Below are positions 41,936 through 52,080 of a DNA stretch of 64,000 bases, piece after piece. The stretch covers positions 2,112,001-2,176,000 of the forward strand of contig CAWIIQ010000001.1 of assembly GCA_963836185.1 (NCBI GenBank), read 5' to 3'. Position 1 is the stretch's first letter; each line of letters starts with the position of its first letter. The notes beneath the pieces were generated by a model. That model ran no database searches, was not told the DNA's origin, and worked only from the letters and a program-made list of their open reading frames with translations. The stretch comes from Candidatus Krumholzibacteriia bacterium (lineage in GTDB: Bacteria > Krumholzibacteriota > Krumholzibacteriia > Krumholzibacteriales > Krumholzibacteriaceae). A program made the position numbers and the translations under genes.

Positions 41936-44448
41936 TTCTGCCCGGCAGGACCGGTAGTATCAGGCGGTTCTCCAATACCGAACTCTTTGTAAAGGACCTG
42001 ATCGAAATTATTGAGCAACTGGCGGAATTCCTTGTCTCCCGGATGTTTCGCGAGCCAGGATTCGACAAATGACTTCGCATCCTCGCTCCTGCCCATACTG
42101 GCCGATATATAGAAGCCGGTGGCGTAGATCTCCCTGTGGTCCGTAACGGCCTGGGTGCCCCTGCGAAGGACCTCCAGCGACTTTTCAGGATCATCGTTTT
42201 CCTCGTAGATCTTTGCCAGCGCCATCCATAGCTCTCCCCTGTGCGGCTCGGCACTGAGCAGCCGCTCGTAATGCTCGATACCCCGTTCGACCTGGCCCGT
42301 CCTGGCGTAATAAAGGCCGAGCACCCTGTTGGGGTATTCAAAATCCGGCTTGAGCCGGGATGTGAGCTCGGTCCATCTCAGGGCCTCTTCATAGTCCTTT
42401 CGCTGCGCGCTGAGCCGCGACATCTCCATCGATGCGACAGCGAAGTTCTGGAACATGCCCTGCGTATACTGTGACTTGTAGGTCCTGTCATCCCTCGTGC
42501 CGTCCGGATTCAGAATACCCCTGAACTCGAAGATCTCTTCGAAGTTGCGGCGAAGCATGAACTCGTTGGTCTGATATTTCCTTTTATTCGTGACGAGTTT
42601 GCGGACCATCCCCTGCATCTCGAGATATTCGGCGTAAGGCTGCCACGCATCACGAGGAACGGTGACGGCGAAGTAGACGGGCCGCTTCCAGCCCGCTTCC
42701 TGAATGATATGCTGGATCATCAGATCCTTCTTCCAGGCGACGCCGCCTCCCTTCAACGCCATTGGACGAAGCCTTCTTATCTCATCGTCGCTGTAAGATA
42801 TCGGCACGGGAGGCTTGCGGTCGCGAAGCTGCATCACGTACCAGTCAGTGTTAAGCAGCTGAAGGTTGGCGATATTGACGTCGGGCCTGAACCCCTCGAC
42901 CATCTGGATATACCACAGCGGGTATGTGTCGTTGTCCCCGTTGGTGAATATGACAGCGTCCGGTTCGAGCCCGGCCAGGATATTGTAGGCGTAATCCCTC
43001 GGAACATAGTCCTGTGAACGGTCGTGGCTGAACCACTGGTACCTCGCCGGCAGGATCGAGACGATCACCAGAACGGCCGCCACCGCGGCTGCCCACTTGA
43101 GCGCGTCCTTCGACTTCGCCCTGACCTCTTCTATCACGAGCATGACCAGCGATGTCGCCCCTATCCCGATGAATATCGAGAAGTAGTAGAATGCGGCGCC
43201 GTAAAAATAGTCACGCTCGCGGACCTCGCTGTCGCTGAAGTTGAGGAATATGATCAGCCCGGCGGAGTTGAGCAGCAGAACGGTGAAGTTCAGGACCCAC
43301 GTCTTCTTCTCTCTCAGAAAGTTCGCCACGATACCCCATATCCCCAGCGTCAGGGGAACGATCACGCTCGCCACTCCGACGTTGAAGAAACCGAGGCGCA
43401 CATCGCCGAAGAGCCTGAACTGATCTGTAAAGTAGTTCCAGAAGTGCTGTATCTGGAAGAGCGGGGATGCCTTTCTCGCGAATATGTTGATCGGCGGGTA
43501 CTGCTCCCTGCGAAGGTGAGCGTACATCGCGTCCCAGTTCTGAGGGTCGACCATGTCGATCGCGGGGTCGTGAAAAGACCGTATGAACATGAAGAGATGA
43601 ACGGAGATGCCGAGGATAAAGAGAAGCGCCGCGTACAGCGCGAACCTGCCCTTCGACATCGTCGTCCACACCAGAAGCACCCCGAATATCGCGAACCCCA
43701 CCAGGGTCAGGGTCGTATTACGGTGAAGCGTCATGTCTGCGAGGATCACCGCCATCCCGAACGTGATGACAAGAAGCTCGAAATTGCTGAACGACTTCCT
43801 GTTTACCATCAGGATCATCAGGAAGATCCCGCCGTAGACCAGTATCGTCCCCAGATGAAAACCTATCCCCAGAGAAAGCAGGTAGATGATCAGAAGGACG
43901 AAGCCGCGCGAACGTTCCGGCTGAGCGGCATCGATGCCTCCGACAGAACTCTCATCGGAATGTGACCTCAGCCATCTGAGTGCGAGAAGGGTGCAGAGCC
44001 CCATGACAAACGCACTGAGAGCATAGACCTCCGCCTCGATCGCATCCGTCCAGTAAGTGTCGCTGAATGTCAGGAAAAAAGCGCCGACGATGCCGCCGGC
44101 GTGGGTGGCGATCTTCGCCGCCGCAGTCTTCGCCGCACCGAACATCAGGCGGGCGACTTCGACGATGATCAGGTAGACCATCGTGACTCCGAGCGCCGCC
44201 GTAAATGCCGAGAGAAGATTGACCCTCTGCGCCACGGACAGGGCCACGGGCAGCATCGCGAAGACCCGCCCCACGAGGACGTACATCGGCGTGCCCGGGG
44301 AATGGGGTATCCCGAGGATATATGAGACGGCGATGAACTCGCCGGCGTCCCAGAAAGAGACGGTGGCCGCCATCGTCATGATGTAGACGACAAGGCTCGT
44401 TAGGAATATCACTGCCGCTGAAAGATTCTTGATCGCCCTGTCGGACAT
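41932..44448 (-). CDS. DUF2723/TMEM260-like GT-C protein with C-terminal TPRs, copy B
   Basis: Same motifs as copy A; the C-terminal ~290 aa are diverged. Confidence 0.88.
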   Translation of the reverse strand: MSDRAIKNLSAAVIFLTSLVVYIMTMAATVSFWDAGEFIAVSYILGIPHSPGTPMYVLVGRVFAMLPVALSVAQRVNLLSAFTAALGVTMVYLIIVEVARLMFGAAKTAAAKIATHAGGIVGAFFLTFSDTYWTDAIEAEVYALSAFVMGLCTLLALRWLRSHSDESSVGGIDAAQPERSRGFVLLIIYLLSLGIGFHLGTILVYGGIFLMILMVNRKSFSNFELLVITFGMAVILADMTLHRNTTLTLVGFAIFGVLLVWTTMSKGRFALYAALLFILGISVHLFMFIRSFHDPAIDMVDPQNWDAMYAHLRREQYPPINIFARKASPLFQIQHFWNYFTDQFRLFGDVRLGFFNVGVASVIVPLTLGIWGIVANFLREKKTWVLNFTVLLLNSAGLIIFLNFSDSEVRERDYFYGAAFYYFSIFIGIGATSLVMLVIEEVRAKSKDALKWAAAVAAVLVIVSILPARYQWFSHDRSQDYVPRDYAYNILAGLEPDAVIFTNGDNDTYPLWYIQMVEGFRPDVNIANLQLLNTDWYVMQLRDRKPPVPISYSDDEIRRLRPMALKGGGVAWKKDLMIQHIIQEAGWKRPVYFAVTVPRDAWQPYAEYLEMQGMVRKLVTNKRKYQTNEFMLRRNFEEIFEFRGILNPDGTRDDRTYKSQYTQGMFQNFAVASMEMSRLSAQRKDYEEALRWTELTSRLKPDFEYPNRVLGLYYARTGQVERGIEHYERLLSAEPHRGELWMALAKIYEENDDPEKSLEVLRRGTQAVTDHREIYATGFYISASMGRSEDAKSFVESWLAKHPGDKEFRQLLNNFDQVLYKEFGIGEPPDTTGPAGQK
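42863..43898. repeat. Direct repeat, ~1.04 kb, copy 2
   Basis: Matches 40283..41318; the shadow ORFs (152 aa and 60 aa) are identical in both copies. Confidence 0.93.
43976..44418. repeat. Direct repeat, ~0.44 kb, copy 2
   Basis: Near-identical to 41384..41826. Confidence 0.9.
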
Positions 44449-44487
44449 TCTCTCTACCTTTCTATTCTATTCGTCACGTATTCGTAT

Positions 44488-45480
44488 TTATACTCCGGAA
44501 TCGGTATCTTTATCCATCGAAATCGCCCCTGTGATCTGGCGCCTCAGGAAAATGACTCCGCCGATCAGGCTGACCCCCACCATGACGACGTAAGTGATGA
44601 ACTCCATCAGGAAAGCTTCTTCCTCGCTGAATCCTATCCTCGTAAAGAGCAGAACGCCCGCGCCCTCTCTCAGGCCGAGGCCGTTGATCGAGATCGGGAG
44701 CATCATTATCAGGCCCAGAAGGGGAATGAAAACGAAGAAATGCAGCATCTCACGAGTCCCGGGATGTATCCCGAGCGCCATCGCTACAGCGATATGGGTC
44801 GTTATCCTCAATACCTGTATTGTCAACGTGAGGGCTATCACCCTCCCGAGAAGTGCAGGAAAGGAACGAAACGAGCCGAGATGGCTGAGGACCAATTCCA
44901 GCCTCTCCCCTATCCCCCACAGCCTGATGCGCGAAAGCATCCTTCTCACCGGAGTCGAGATCCTCCTGCTCAATGCCAGCGCCAGGACCGGAGCGACACA
45001 ACCGGCGAAGATGAGCGCGTAGATGCCGATATCCATCGAGCCGCCTGACAGGAGAAGGTAGAGTGAGGCGGCCAGCGCGAGGATGCAGAGGCCGGTTATC
45101 CCGATGACCCGGTCGAGGAGTGTTATCGCGAAGACCTTGTGAGGATCGTATCCGGTGCGGACCACGTCATAGATCTTGTATGCGTCGCCGCCGACATTGG
45201 TCGGCAGAAGGTTATTGAAAAAGAGCCCCGTGAAATAGAGGCTGAAACTTCTCGAGACAGGCATCCGCACACCGCCGACGGACAGGAGAAGGTGCCACTG
45301 CAGCGCGCCCAGCAGATTGCTTGTGAGGAATATCGCCACAGCGGCGGCTATCCACACGGTCTCGATGTTCCCGAGCTGTTCGAGCAGCCTGCCCGGAGAT
45401 ATCCGGTAGAGCAGGATCGCGATCAACCCGACACTGACCGAGATCTTCAGCAGCTGCAGCCCGGCGCGCTTCTTATCCAC
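44488..45480 (-). CDS. LPG-synthase-TM (UPF0104) flippase-like membrane protein
   Basis: LKISVSVGLI, QWHLLL, GLFFNNLLPTNVGGD, LDRVIG, LPISINGLGLRE; start GTG at 45480. Confidence 0.88.
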   Translation of the reverse strand: MDKKRAGLQLLKISVSVGLIAILLYRISPGRLLEQLGNIETVWIAAAVAIFLTSNLLGALQWHLLLSVGGVRMPVSRSFSLYFTGLFFNNLLPTNVGGDAYKIYDVVRTGYDPHKVFAITLLDRVIGITGLCILALAASLYLLLSGGSMDIGIYALIFAGCVAPVLALALSRRISTPVRRMLSRIRLWGIGERLELVLSHLGSFRSFPALLGRVIALTLTIQVLRITTHIAVAMALGIHPGTREMLHFFVFIPLLGLIMMLPISINGLGLREGAGVLLFTRIGFSEEEAFLMEFITYVVMVGVSLIGGVIFLRRQITGAISMDKDTDSGV

Positions 45481-46600
45481 CCGAGCTCCCCTCTTCCCCC
45501 CCGATGACGGAAAGCAGGAACTGCTCCGTCTCGCGGGCACATCTCTCCCAGGTAAGCTCGCCCGTCCTCTCGATCGCCGCCGCGCTCATTCTGCTCCAGA
45601 GGTCATTGTCGAGAAGCAGCCTGACGGCATTTTCGCCGAAGGCAACGGCATCGCCGTAAGGAACGAGAAAACCGGTGACCCCGTCGACGACAGAATCCTT
45701 CAGACCGGGCCGATCGCTCGCGACTACGGGGACGCCGCATGCGTTCGCCTCGACCACTGTCAGGCCCCAGCCCTCCTTGGGACTGGGATTGAAGAGCAGG
45801 TGGGACCTGCCCAGCATCTCGACCAGCTCGGTTCCGCTCAGGTAGCCCGTGAATTCGATCGCATCTCCCAGGCCGAGCCCGGCGGCGTACTTTTCAAGCT
45901 CCGGGCGGTACGGCCCGTCGCCCACTATGACAAGTCTTGCGTCGGGAACGCTCTTAAGGACCGTCTCCATCGCCTTCATGGCTACCTCGACGCTCTTGTA
46001 TTTTCTGAGCCGGCCGAGGTGGACGATCGTAGGACGCTCGTATCTCTCGAGACCGAGATCGCGGTACCTGTCATGGTCGAGCCCGCAAAGTATGACCCCT
46101 ATACGGCCGGCGGGGATCCCCCGGGCGACGAGGTCGTCACGGGTGCTCGGGCTTATGACCATGAACCTGTTCTTCTTGAAGACGTGCGGTATCAGTTTCT
46201 CCGCCGTCACGACGTAGCTCCCAGTCACCCAGTCGGCCTCGCGGAATACCGTGGTGCCGAACAGATGCGGGATCACAGGGACGACGGGAACCTTCGTATA
46301 GAGAGGCATGAAGAATGGAAGCTTGTTTATGTCCTCGATCACTACATCGTAACTTTCCTTCTTCATATGCCGCTTCGCGAAAAGAGGGAGCGTGAAGTTC
46401 GCGTCGAACCAGTGTCCATGGCGCAGGATCCTGACTCCGTCTATCTCATCGGTCGCGGCGCCTCCTGGAAATCCCGAAGACAGCTGGGTAGTCTCGTGTC
46501 CCCAGCGGGCAAGATGGGTGAGTATCTCGTGAAGATGGACCTCGGCCCCTCCTGCCTCAGGATGGTGCATATCTCTCCAGTTAAGAGCGAGGATCTTCAT
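45473..46600 (-). CDS. GT4-family glycosyltransferase
   Basis: NWRDMHHPEAGGAE, LGRLRKYK, KEGWGLTVVEANACG. Confidence 0.93.
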   Translation of the reverse strand: MKILALNWRDMHHPEAGGAEVHLHEILTHLARWGHETTQLSSGFPGGAATDEIDGVRILRHGHWFDANFTLPLFAKRHMKKESYDVVIEDINKLPFFMPLYTKVPVVPVIPHLFGTTVFREADWVTGSYVVTAEKLIPHVFKKNRFMVISPSTRDDLVARGIPAGRIGVILCGLDHDRYRDLGLERYERPTIVHLGRLRKYKSVEVAMKAMETVLKSVPDARLVIVGDGPYRPELEKYAAGLGLGDAIEFTGYLSGTELVEMLGRSHLLFNPSPKEGWGLTVVEANACGVPVVASDRPGLKDSVVDGVTGFLVPYGDAVAFGENAVRLLLDNDLWSRMSAAAIERTGELTWERCARETEQFLLSVIGGEEGSSGG

Positions 46601-46610
46601 CGGCCTTTCC

Positions 46611-47369
46611 TCAGTCCTTTCTCGCTATCGTTCCTATGACGACTGTCGTATAGAGCACCGGCCTCGCCGAGAGGAGCGCGGAGCGCAGACCGGCAAAAAT
46701 CTTTCTTGTCGATGTGAAGACTCGCGGGTACATCGGGAGCTTCGCGCCTGTTCCTTTCCTCAATATCCTGTACCAGATCGGCGGATTGAGCCATTCGCCG
46801 TATGTCCCGACAACCGTGAAAGAATGCCCACGGAGCATCTTCTCGAGTTCGCGAGGGGAGAATTCCGTCTCCCAGCCGGCGAACCACTTTCCCGCCGCTA
46901 TCATCGCGTGCTTAAGCGCAGTGTAGTAATGCCACCGCTGCGGGACATCTACGAGTATATGCCCGCCCTTTTTAAGGACTCTGTGATGCTCCGCCAGCAT
47001 ATCACCGGGATTGCGAAAATGCTCCAGGAGCCCCTGGTGGAAGACGAGGTCGAATGTGCCGTCAGCGAAAGGAAGCGAGAAGGCATCGCCGCAGCACAGG
47101 TCGACAGCGGCACCCTCGGGAATCTGGCTCCTGACCATCCCGAGACTCGGCATGCTGTAGTCCAGCGATACGACCGACGCTCCCTGCGAGGCCATGAAGA
47201 TCCCGTCCCTGCCCGTGCCGGCGCCGACCTCGAGGACCCTGAGCCCCTCGAGGGGCCTGACCTCGATGTAGTGCCTGCTCACGCGGCCCTCGTTATCATA
47301 GATCTCAAGCGCGTCGCCCGACACATTCCAGAAATCGTCCCAGTGTTTTCTCTCGGATACCTTCATCAT
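46611..47369 (-). CDS. Class I SAM-dependent methyltransferase
   Basis: VLEVGAGTGRD, LPFADGTFD, QGLLEHF, RVLKKGG. Confidence 0.9.
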   Translation of the reverse strand: MMKVSERKHWDDFWNVSGDALEIYDNEGRVSRHYIEVRPLEGLRVLEVGAGTGRDGIFMASQGASVVSLDYSMPSLGMVRSQIPEGAAVDLCCGDAFSLPFADGTFDLVFHQGLLEHFRNPGDMLAEHHRVLKKGGHILVDVPQRWHYYTALKHAMIAAGKWFAGWETEFSPRELEKMLRGHSFTVVGTYGEWLNPPIWYRILRKGTGAKLPMYPRVFTSTRKIFAGLRSALLSARPVLYTTVVIGTIARKD

Positions 47370-47373
47370 ATTA

Positions 47374-48105
47374 TCAGCGGCCTCTGAACAGGCGCTCTGC
47401 GAACCTCACAGGCAGCCCGGCATCTCTGATATCCTTCGCTTCGGCCTCGATATCGTACTCGCGCCGGTGAAGGGTGACGGTCTTATCATCCAGGTCGAAT
47501 ATCAGGAAGGACGCGCGTTTATCGCCGTCCCTCGGCTGCCCGACACTGCCAGGATTAATGATATAGCGGCCTGAAGGGTCCAGGGCGAAGGTTTCGCCCG
47601 GCTTGAGACTCTTCGGGCCGCCAATATAAGTATACACCAAAGGGACATGCGTGTGCCCTACAAAACAGACCGAAAAATCAAACTTCTGGAACGCTTTCTC
47701 GGCGATCAGAAGGTCGGTCATATAGGTAAATTCCTCTGGATAATGGGGAGATCCGTGGGCGGCGAGGTACTCGTCGCACTCGACGGTCAGCTCGAACCTT
47801 TCTGAGAAGGACTCGTTATACTTCCCCGCCAGCCTGTTGACCGTCCACTCCAGGGCCGTGAAGGCGTCCGTGTTGAAGGTCTTCCTCTCGCTCAGGTCTC
47901 GGACAGCCTTGTCATGGTTCCCCATGACCAGGCGCCCTCCTGGAACAGCGAGCAGCCTGTCGAGGCACTCGCCCGGGTGGGCGCCGTACCCGACGGCGTC
48001 CCCGAGAAAGAGGAACCTGCACGGGCAATGCTCCGTGTAAGCTGCCAGAACGGCGTCGAGAGCCCTCAGGTTACCGTGTACGTCGGAGCAGACGAAGAGC
48101 TTCAC
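47374..48105 (-). CDS. Calcineurin-like metallophosphoesterase
   Basis: Start GTG 48105 overlapping the nusB stop; SDVHGN, LGDAVGYG, GNHD, HGSP, GHTH, NPGSVGQPRDG. Confidence 0.92.
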   Translation of the reverse strand: MKLFVCSDVHGNLRALDAVLAAYTEHCPCRFLFLGDAVGYGAHPGECLDRLLAVPGGRLVMGNHDKAVRDLSERKTFNTDAFTALEWTVNRLAGKYNESFSERFELTVECDEYLAAHGSPHYPEEFTYMTDLLIAEKAFQKFDFSVCFVGHTHVPLVYTYIGGPKSLKPGETFALDPSGRYIINPGSVGQPRDGDKRASFLIFDLDDKTVTLHRREYDIEAEAKDIRDAGLPVRFAERLFRGR

Positions 48106-48512
48106 CCGCCGCGCACCTCCTTGGACAGCTTGTCGAGGATCCCGTTTACGAACGACCCGGCCTTTTCCGAGCTGAACTTGTGAGCTATCTCTATCGCCTC
48201 GTCGATTATCACCCCCGTGGGTACTTCGGGGCACTCGAGCAGCTCGTAGAGGGCTATCTCCATGATGATCCTGTCGACGACCGCCACCCGCTTCAGCTCC
48301 CAGTTCTCGAGGTTGGAAGAGATCATGCCGTCGAGCCGTTCGCGAGAATCCGAGACCCCGCTCACGAGCCTGCCGGCATACTCGGACGCTTCCTCTGACG
48401 GCCCCCTGCGCCTGACCGAATCGGCCAGGGCGTCCTCCCATTCCGCCTCGCCGATCTCGGCGGCGTACAGGGTCTGGAGGGCCATCTCTCTTGCCTTTCT
48501 GCGTCTGCTCAT
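48102..48512 (-). CDS. nusB: Transcription antitermination factor NusB
   Basis: RRKAREMALQTLY, NWELKR, IDEAIEIA, FVNGILD. Confidence 0.97.
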   Translation of the reverse strand: MSRRRKAREMALQTLYAAEIGEAEWEDALADSVRRRGPSEEASEYAGRLVSGVSDSRERLDGMISSNLENWELKRVAVVDRIIMEIALYELLECPEVPTGVIIDEAIEIAHKFSSEKAGSFVNGILDKLSKEVRGG

Positions 48513-48979
48513 CAGCCTCCGATCTCTTTCCAGAGACTGACCATCTCGATGGCGGACATTGCCGCCTGCCAGCCCTTGTTTCCGGCCTTGCTTCCGGCGC
48601 GCTCAAGCGCCTGTTCCTGTGTATCGGACGTAATTATACCGAAGGCGACAGGCTTGCCGGTACCGACCCCGATCGCCGATATGTCCTTGACCACCTGGCT
48701 GGCCAGAATATCGAAGTGAGGCGTGTCGCCCCTGATCAGTGCCCCTACGCAGACGACAGCGTCGACACCCGTCGCGGCTGCCTTGCTGACCGCCTGCGGG
48801 ATCTCGAAAGAACCCGGCACCCGATACAGCGTGATATCTCCGTCTGACACGCCGTGGCGCACGAGACAGTCGAGAGCGCCCCCGATCAGAGATTCGGTCA
48901 CCAGCTCATTGAACCTGCCCGCCACAACGGCGAACTTCATGCCTGTACCTATGAGTTTCCCTGCCTTCTCAACAGCCAT
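48512..48979 (-). CDS. ribH: 6,7-dimethyl-8-ribityllumazine synthase
   Basis: [34 protein letters not shown]; ATG 48979. Confidence 0.98.
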   Translation of the reverse strand: MAVEKAGKLIGTGMKFAVVAGRFNELVTESLIGGALDCLVRHGVSDGDITLYRVPGSFEIPQAVSKAAATGVDAVVCVGALIRGDTPHFDILASQVVKDISAIGVGTGKPVAFGIITSDTQEQALERAGSKAGNKGWQAAMSAIEMVSLWKEIGG

Positions 48980-50255
48980 CCTTCTCTCCTTTCGCTTTCG
49001 ATCCGCAATTACAGCCGCAGCAGCCTTCATCCTTCCGGACCTCTTCGCGCAGCTCGCCGAAGAGATGTCCGAGCTTGTCCCTCTTTGTCGACATATACCT
49101 TACGTTCTTCAGGTTGGGCGTGATCTCGATCGGCATCCTCTCGACGACCTCGAGTCCGTATGCCTTCAGACCGATGATCTTTCTCGGGTTGTTGGTCAGT
49201 AGCCTGATCTTGTGCAGGCCGATATCGACGAGTATCTGGGCCCCTATCCCGTAGTCGCGCAGGTCGGCGGGGAACCCGAGTTCCTCGTTCGCCTCTACCG
49301 TATCCCTTCCCTTGTCCTGAAGCTCGTATGCCCTGACCTTGTTTACGAGCCCGATCCCGCGTCCCTCCTGCTGGATGTAGAGGAAGACTCCGGAACCCTC
49401 CTCGCATATCTGTTCGAGCGCGCTGGAGAGCTGATCGCCGCAGTCGCAGCGCTGTGATCCGAAGACGTCGCCTGTAAGGCACTGGGAATGGACGCGCACC
49501 AGGGCGCTTTCATCCTTCCACGGCTCACCCTTGATCAGCGCGACGCTCTCCGAGCCGTCGACCGTTCCCTCGTAGGCGATCAGGCGGAAATTGCCGTATT
49601 TCGTAGGAAGTTCGGCCTCAGCTTCGCGCCTGACGAGCTTTTCCTTCCTGCGCCTGTACTCGATCAGGTCGAATACCGTGATCATCTTCAGGCCCCACTG
49701 CTTCGCGAAGGTCGTGAGCTCCGGCCCCCTGGCCATCGTGCCGTCCTCGGCGAGGATCTCGCAGAGCAGGCCTGCCGGTTCGAGCCCGGCCATCCTTGAA
49801 AGGTCTACCGCCGCCTCGGTATGCCCCGCTCTGCGAAGGACCCCTCCGCGCGCGGCGCGTAGCGGAAAGATATGGCCCGGGCGGGCGAGGTCATCCGGCT
49901 CCGTCCGTTCATCAATGAGCACACGGACAGTCGTCGCCCTGTCGAAGGCCGATATCCCCGTCGTCGTGCCGTGCACGGCATCGACGGAGATGGTAAACGG
50001 CGTACTCATCTTTGCCGTGTTCTCCTGCACCATCATCCCGAGCTGAAGCCGATCGAGCCTTTCCCCCGTCAGGGCTACGCATATCAGGCCCCTTGCGTGC
50101 CTGGCGATGAAATTGACCGCCTCGGCATCGACCTTTTCCGCCGCCATGATTATGTCGCCCTCGTTCTCGCGTGTCTCGTCATCGACCACGACGATCATCT
50201 TTCCCGCCTTGATATCCGCGAGGGCCTCTTCTACAGTACTGAAATCCTTGACCAC
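48969..50255 (-). CDS. ribBA: Bifunctional DHBP synthase / GTP cyclohydrolase II
   Basis: [57 protein letters not shown]; probable GTG at 50255. Confidence 0.98.
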   Translation of the reverse strand: MVKDFSTVEEALADIKAGKMIVVVDDETRENEGDIIMAAEKVDAEAVNFIARHARGLICVALTGERLDRLQLGMMVQENTAKMSTPFTISVDAVHGTTTGISAFDRATTVRVLIDERTEPDDLARPGHIFPLRAARGGVLRRAGHTEAAVDLSRMAGLEPAGLLCEILAEDGTMARGPELTTFAKQWGLKMITVFDLIEYRRRKEKLVRREAEAELPTKYGNFRLIAYEGTVDGSESVALIKGEPWKDESALVRVHSQCLTGDVFGSQRCDCGDQLSSALEQICEEGSGVFLYIQQEGRGIGLVNKVRAYELQDKGRDTVEANEELGFPADLRDYGIGAQILVDIGLHKIRLLTNNPRKIIGLKAYGLEVVERMPIEITPNLKNVRYMSTKRDKLGHLFGELREEVRKDEGCCGCNCGSKAKGEKDGC

Positions 50256-50281
50256 TTCACACCTCTCATGATGCCCCTCAG

Positions 50282-50869
50282 TCAGGCCTTTCCCGGCCCG
50301 GTGAACCTCTCCACGTATTTGGCCAGAATATCCACTTCTATGTTGACCCTGCTGCCCGGGCTGACCTTCCCGAGGGTAGTCGCTTCCCATGTCTGCGGTA
50401 TGATGAATACCTTGAACTTTCCGCCCGACGGGCCGGGCCCGATCGTCAGGCTTACGCCGTCGACCGCTACTGATCCCTTCGAGACGATGTACCTGCCGAG
50501 TTCCCTGCCGACATCGATCTCGATGCCGAGCGGGTCGCGGATCACGCGGGTAACCCTTCCGACGCCGTCGACATGGCCGTTGACGATATGTCCGCCCAGT
50601 CTTCCGCCAGCCTCGAGAGCCCGTTCGAGATTGACCGGCGAGCCAGCCCTGAGCTGCCCGAGTGTCGTGACGCGCAGCGTCTCGGTAAGGACGTCGCACG
50701 AGAAATCGCCGGACTTCAGCTGCGCCACTGTCTGACACGCGCCGTTTACCGATACGCTGTCACCGACAGACAGCCCCTCCAGGGGTGAAGCGATCGTGAG
50801 ACGGCCGCCTCGCGAGGACCTGCGCATCGACAACACCCTGCCGGTCGTCTCAATCAGCCCGGTGAACAT
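50282..50869 (-). CDS. ribE: Riboflavin synthase alpha chain
   Basis: [42 protein letters not shown]. Confidence 0.97.
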   Translation of the reverse strand: MFTGLIETTGRVLSMRRSSRGGRLTIASPLEGLSVGDSVSVNGACQTVAQLKSGDFSCDVLTETLRVTTLGQLRAGSPVNLERALEAGGRLGGHIVNGHVDGVGRVTRVIRDPLGIEIDVGRELGRYIVSKGSVAVDGVSLTIGPGPSGGKFKVFIIPQTWEATTLGKVSPGSRVNIEVDILAKYVERFTGPGKA

Positions 50870-51983
50870 CGGCGCCCTCCTTCGTGACCGCGTCAAGATA
50901 TCCGGAGACATGCTTCCTGTCGTATACCGTCATGATATCCCCGCCTATGACCTCGATATATGAAAGGTTCAGATCTCGCTGCGCCGGCGAAACGTCATCC
51001 TCGTACCATCCCATCTCTCCCGCTCCCGCTATCAGAGGCGAGTGAAAGAGGACGAGTCTGTCGGGGATGCCTGCCTTCATCATCGACGTCGCGATACGCG
51101 CTCCCCCTTCGACGATCACCGATGTGATCCCCCTCCCGGTGAGATCGCGCCGCCACGCCTCAAGATCGAGGCCGCCCTCGCCGAAAGGCAGCCTGGCGAC
51201 TTCCGCTCCCGCCGCCTCCAGTTCGCCGATCCTGTCGGCGCCGGCCTCTTCGGAGCAGTAGATTATCACTCTCTCGCCTCTTTCGAGCCAGGGATGCCCC
51301 GAAGGAAAGGTCAGGCCGGAATCAAAGACCATCCTTACAGGCGGATCGAGCGGCCGCTCGTATAGCCGCCTGTCGAGAGAGGGATCGTCCGCTCTCAGCG
51401 TACCCGATCCGACAGCTATCGCCTCGAGCTTCGCCCTGAGGCCGTGAACGCATTCGAGCGATCCTGAACATGTTATGTATTTCTCGTCACCGAGGGTGAT
51501 CTTTCCATCGAGCGTGACTGCGAGCTTGAGCAGCACGAAAGGTGAGCCGGAGATAGAGCGATGGATGTACGGAAGATTGAGCTCGAGGGTCTCTCTCGCC
51601 ATGACGCCGGTCTCCACCTCGATGCCGTTTTCCCTCATCTGCCGCGCTCCCCCGCCCCGTACCCGCTCGTCCGGGTCGAATATACCGAAGACGACGCGCG
51701 ATATCCCCGCTTCGATGATAGCGTCGGTACAGGGAGGCGTCCTGCCGTGATGACAGCACGGTTCGAGATTGAGATAGAGGTCGGCGCCCCTGGCCTTCTC
51801 CCCGGCTGCGGCGATCGCTTCTATCTCCGCGTGCGGCTTTCCCGCTCCTGCGTGGAAGCCCTCTCCAACTGTCTCGCCGCTGGAGACGATGACAGCTCCG
51901 ACGAGAGGATTCGGAAAGGTCAGGCCTGTGCCGCGGGCGGCCAGTTCGAGGGCCCTTTCCATATACTTACGGTCGTCGTTCAT
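50850..51983 (-). CDS. ribD: Riboflavin deaminase/reductase
   Basis: PNPLVGAV, HAE, LEPCCHHGRTPPC, LKLAVTLDG, VEGG. Confidence 0.97.
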   Translation of the reverse strand: MNDDRKYMERALELAARGTGLTFPNPLVGAVIVSSGETVGEGFHAGAGKPHAEIEAIAAAGEKARGADLYLNLEPCCHHGRTPPCTDAIIEAGISRVVFGIFDPDERVRGGGARQMRENGIEVETGVMARETLELNLPYIHRSISGSPFVLLKLAVTLDGKITLGDEKYITCSGSLECVHGLRAKLEAIAVGSGTLRADDPSLDRRLYERPLDPPVRMVFDSGLTFPSGHPWLERGERVIIYCSEEAGADRIGELEAAGAEVARLPFGEGGLDLEAWRRDLTGRGITSVIVEGGARIATSMMKAGIPDRLVLFHSPLIAGAGEMGWYEDDVSPAQRDLNLSYIEVIGGDIMTVYDRKHVSGYLDAVTKEGADVHRAD

Positions 51984-52080
51984 AGCGCGGACGCGCCTTC
52001 CTGCCTGCTGTACTATCGGGTAATAAGGGGAGAGGACGGACACGCACGGCGCGCACCCGCAGGGGGATCGTATCTCGAAC

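Noticed and set aside
39352-44448. Duplication as an IS element, DGR template/variable repeat pair or CRISPR array
   Set aside because: No transposase or reverse transcriptase, no terminal repeats, differences are not adenine-specific, and there is no spacer structure.
47374-50738. Long N-terminal extensions on the 410 aa phosphoesterase ORF and the 589 aa RibBA ORF
   Set aside because: The extensions are alternate-frame overlaps with nusB and ribE; the real starts are near 48105 and 50255.
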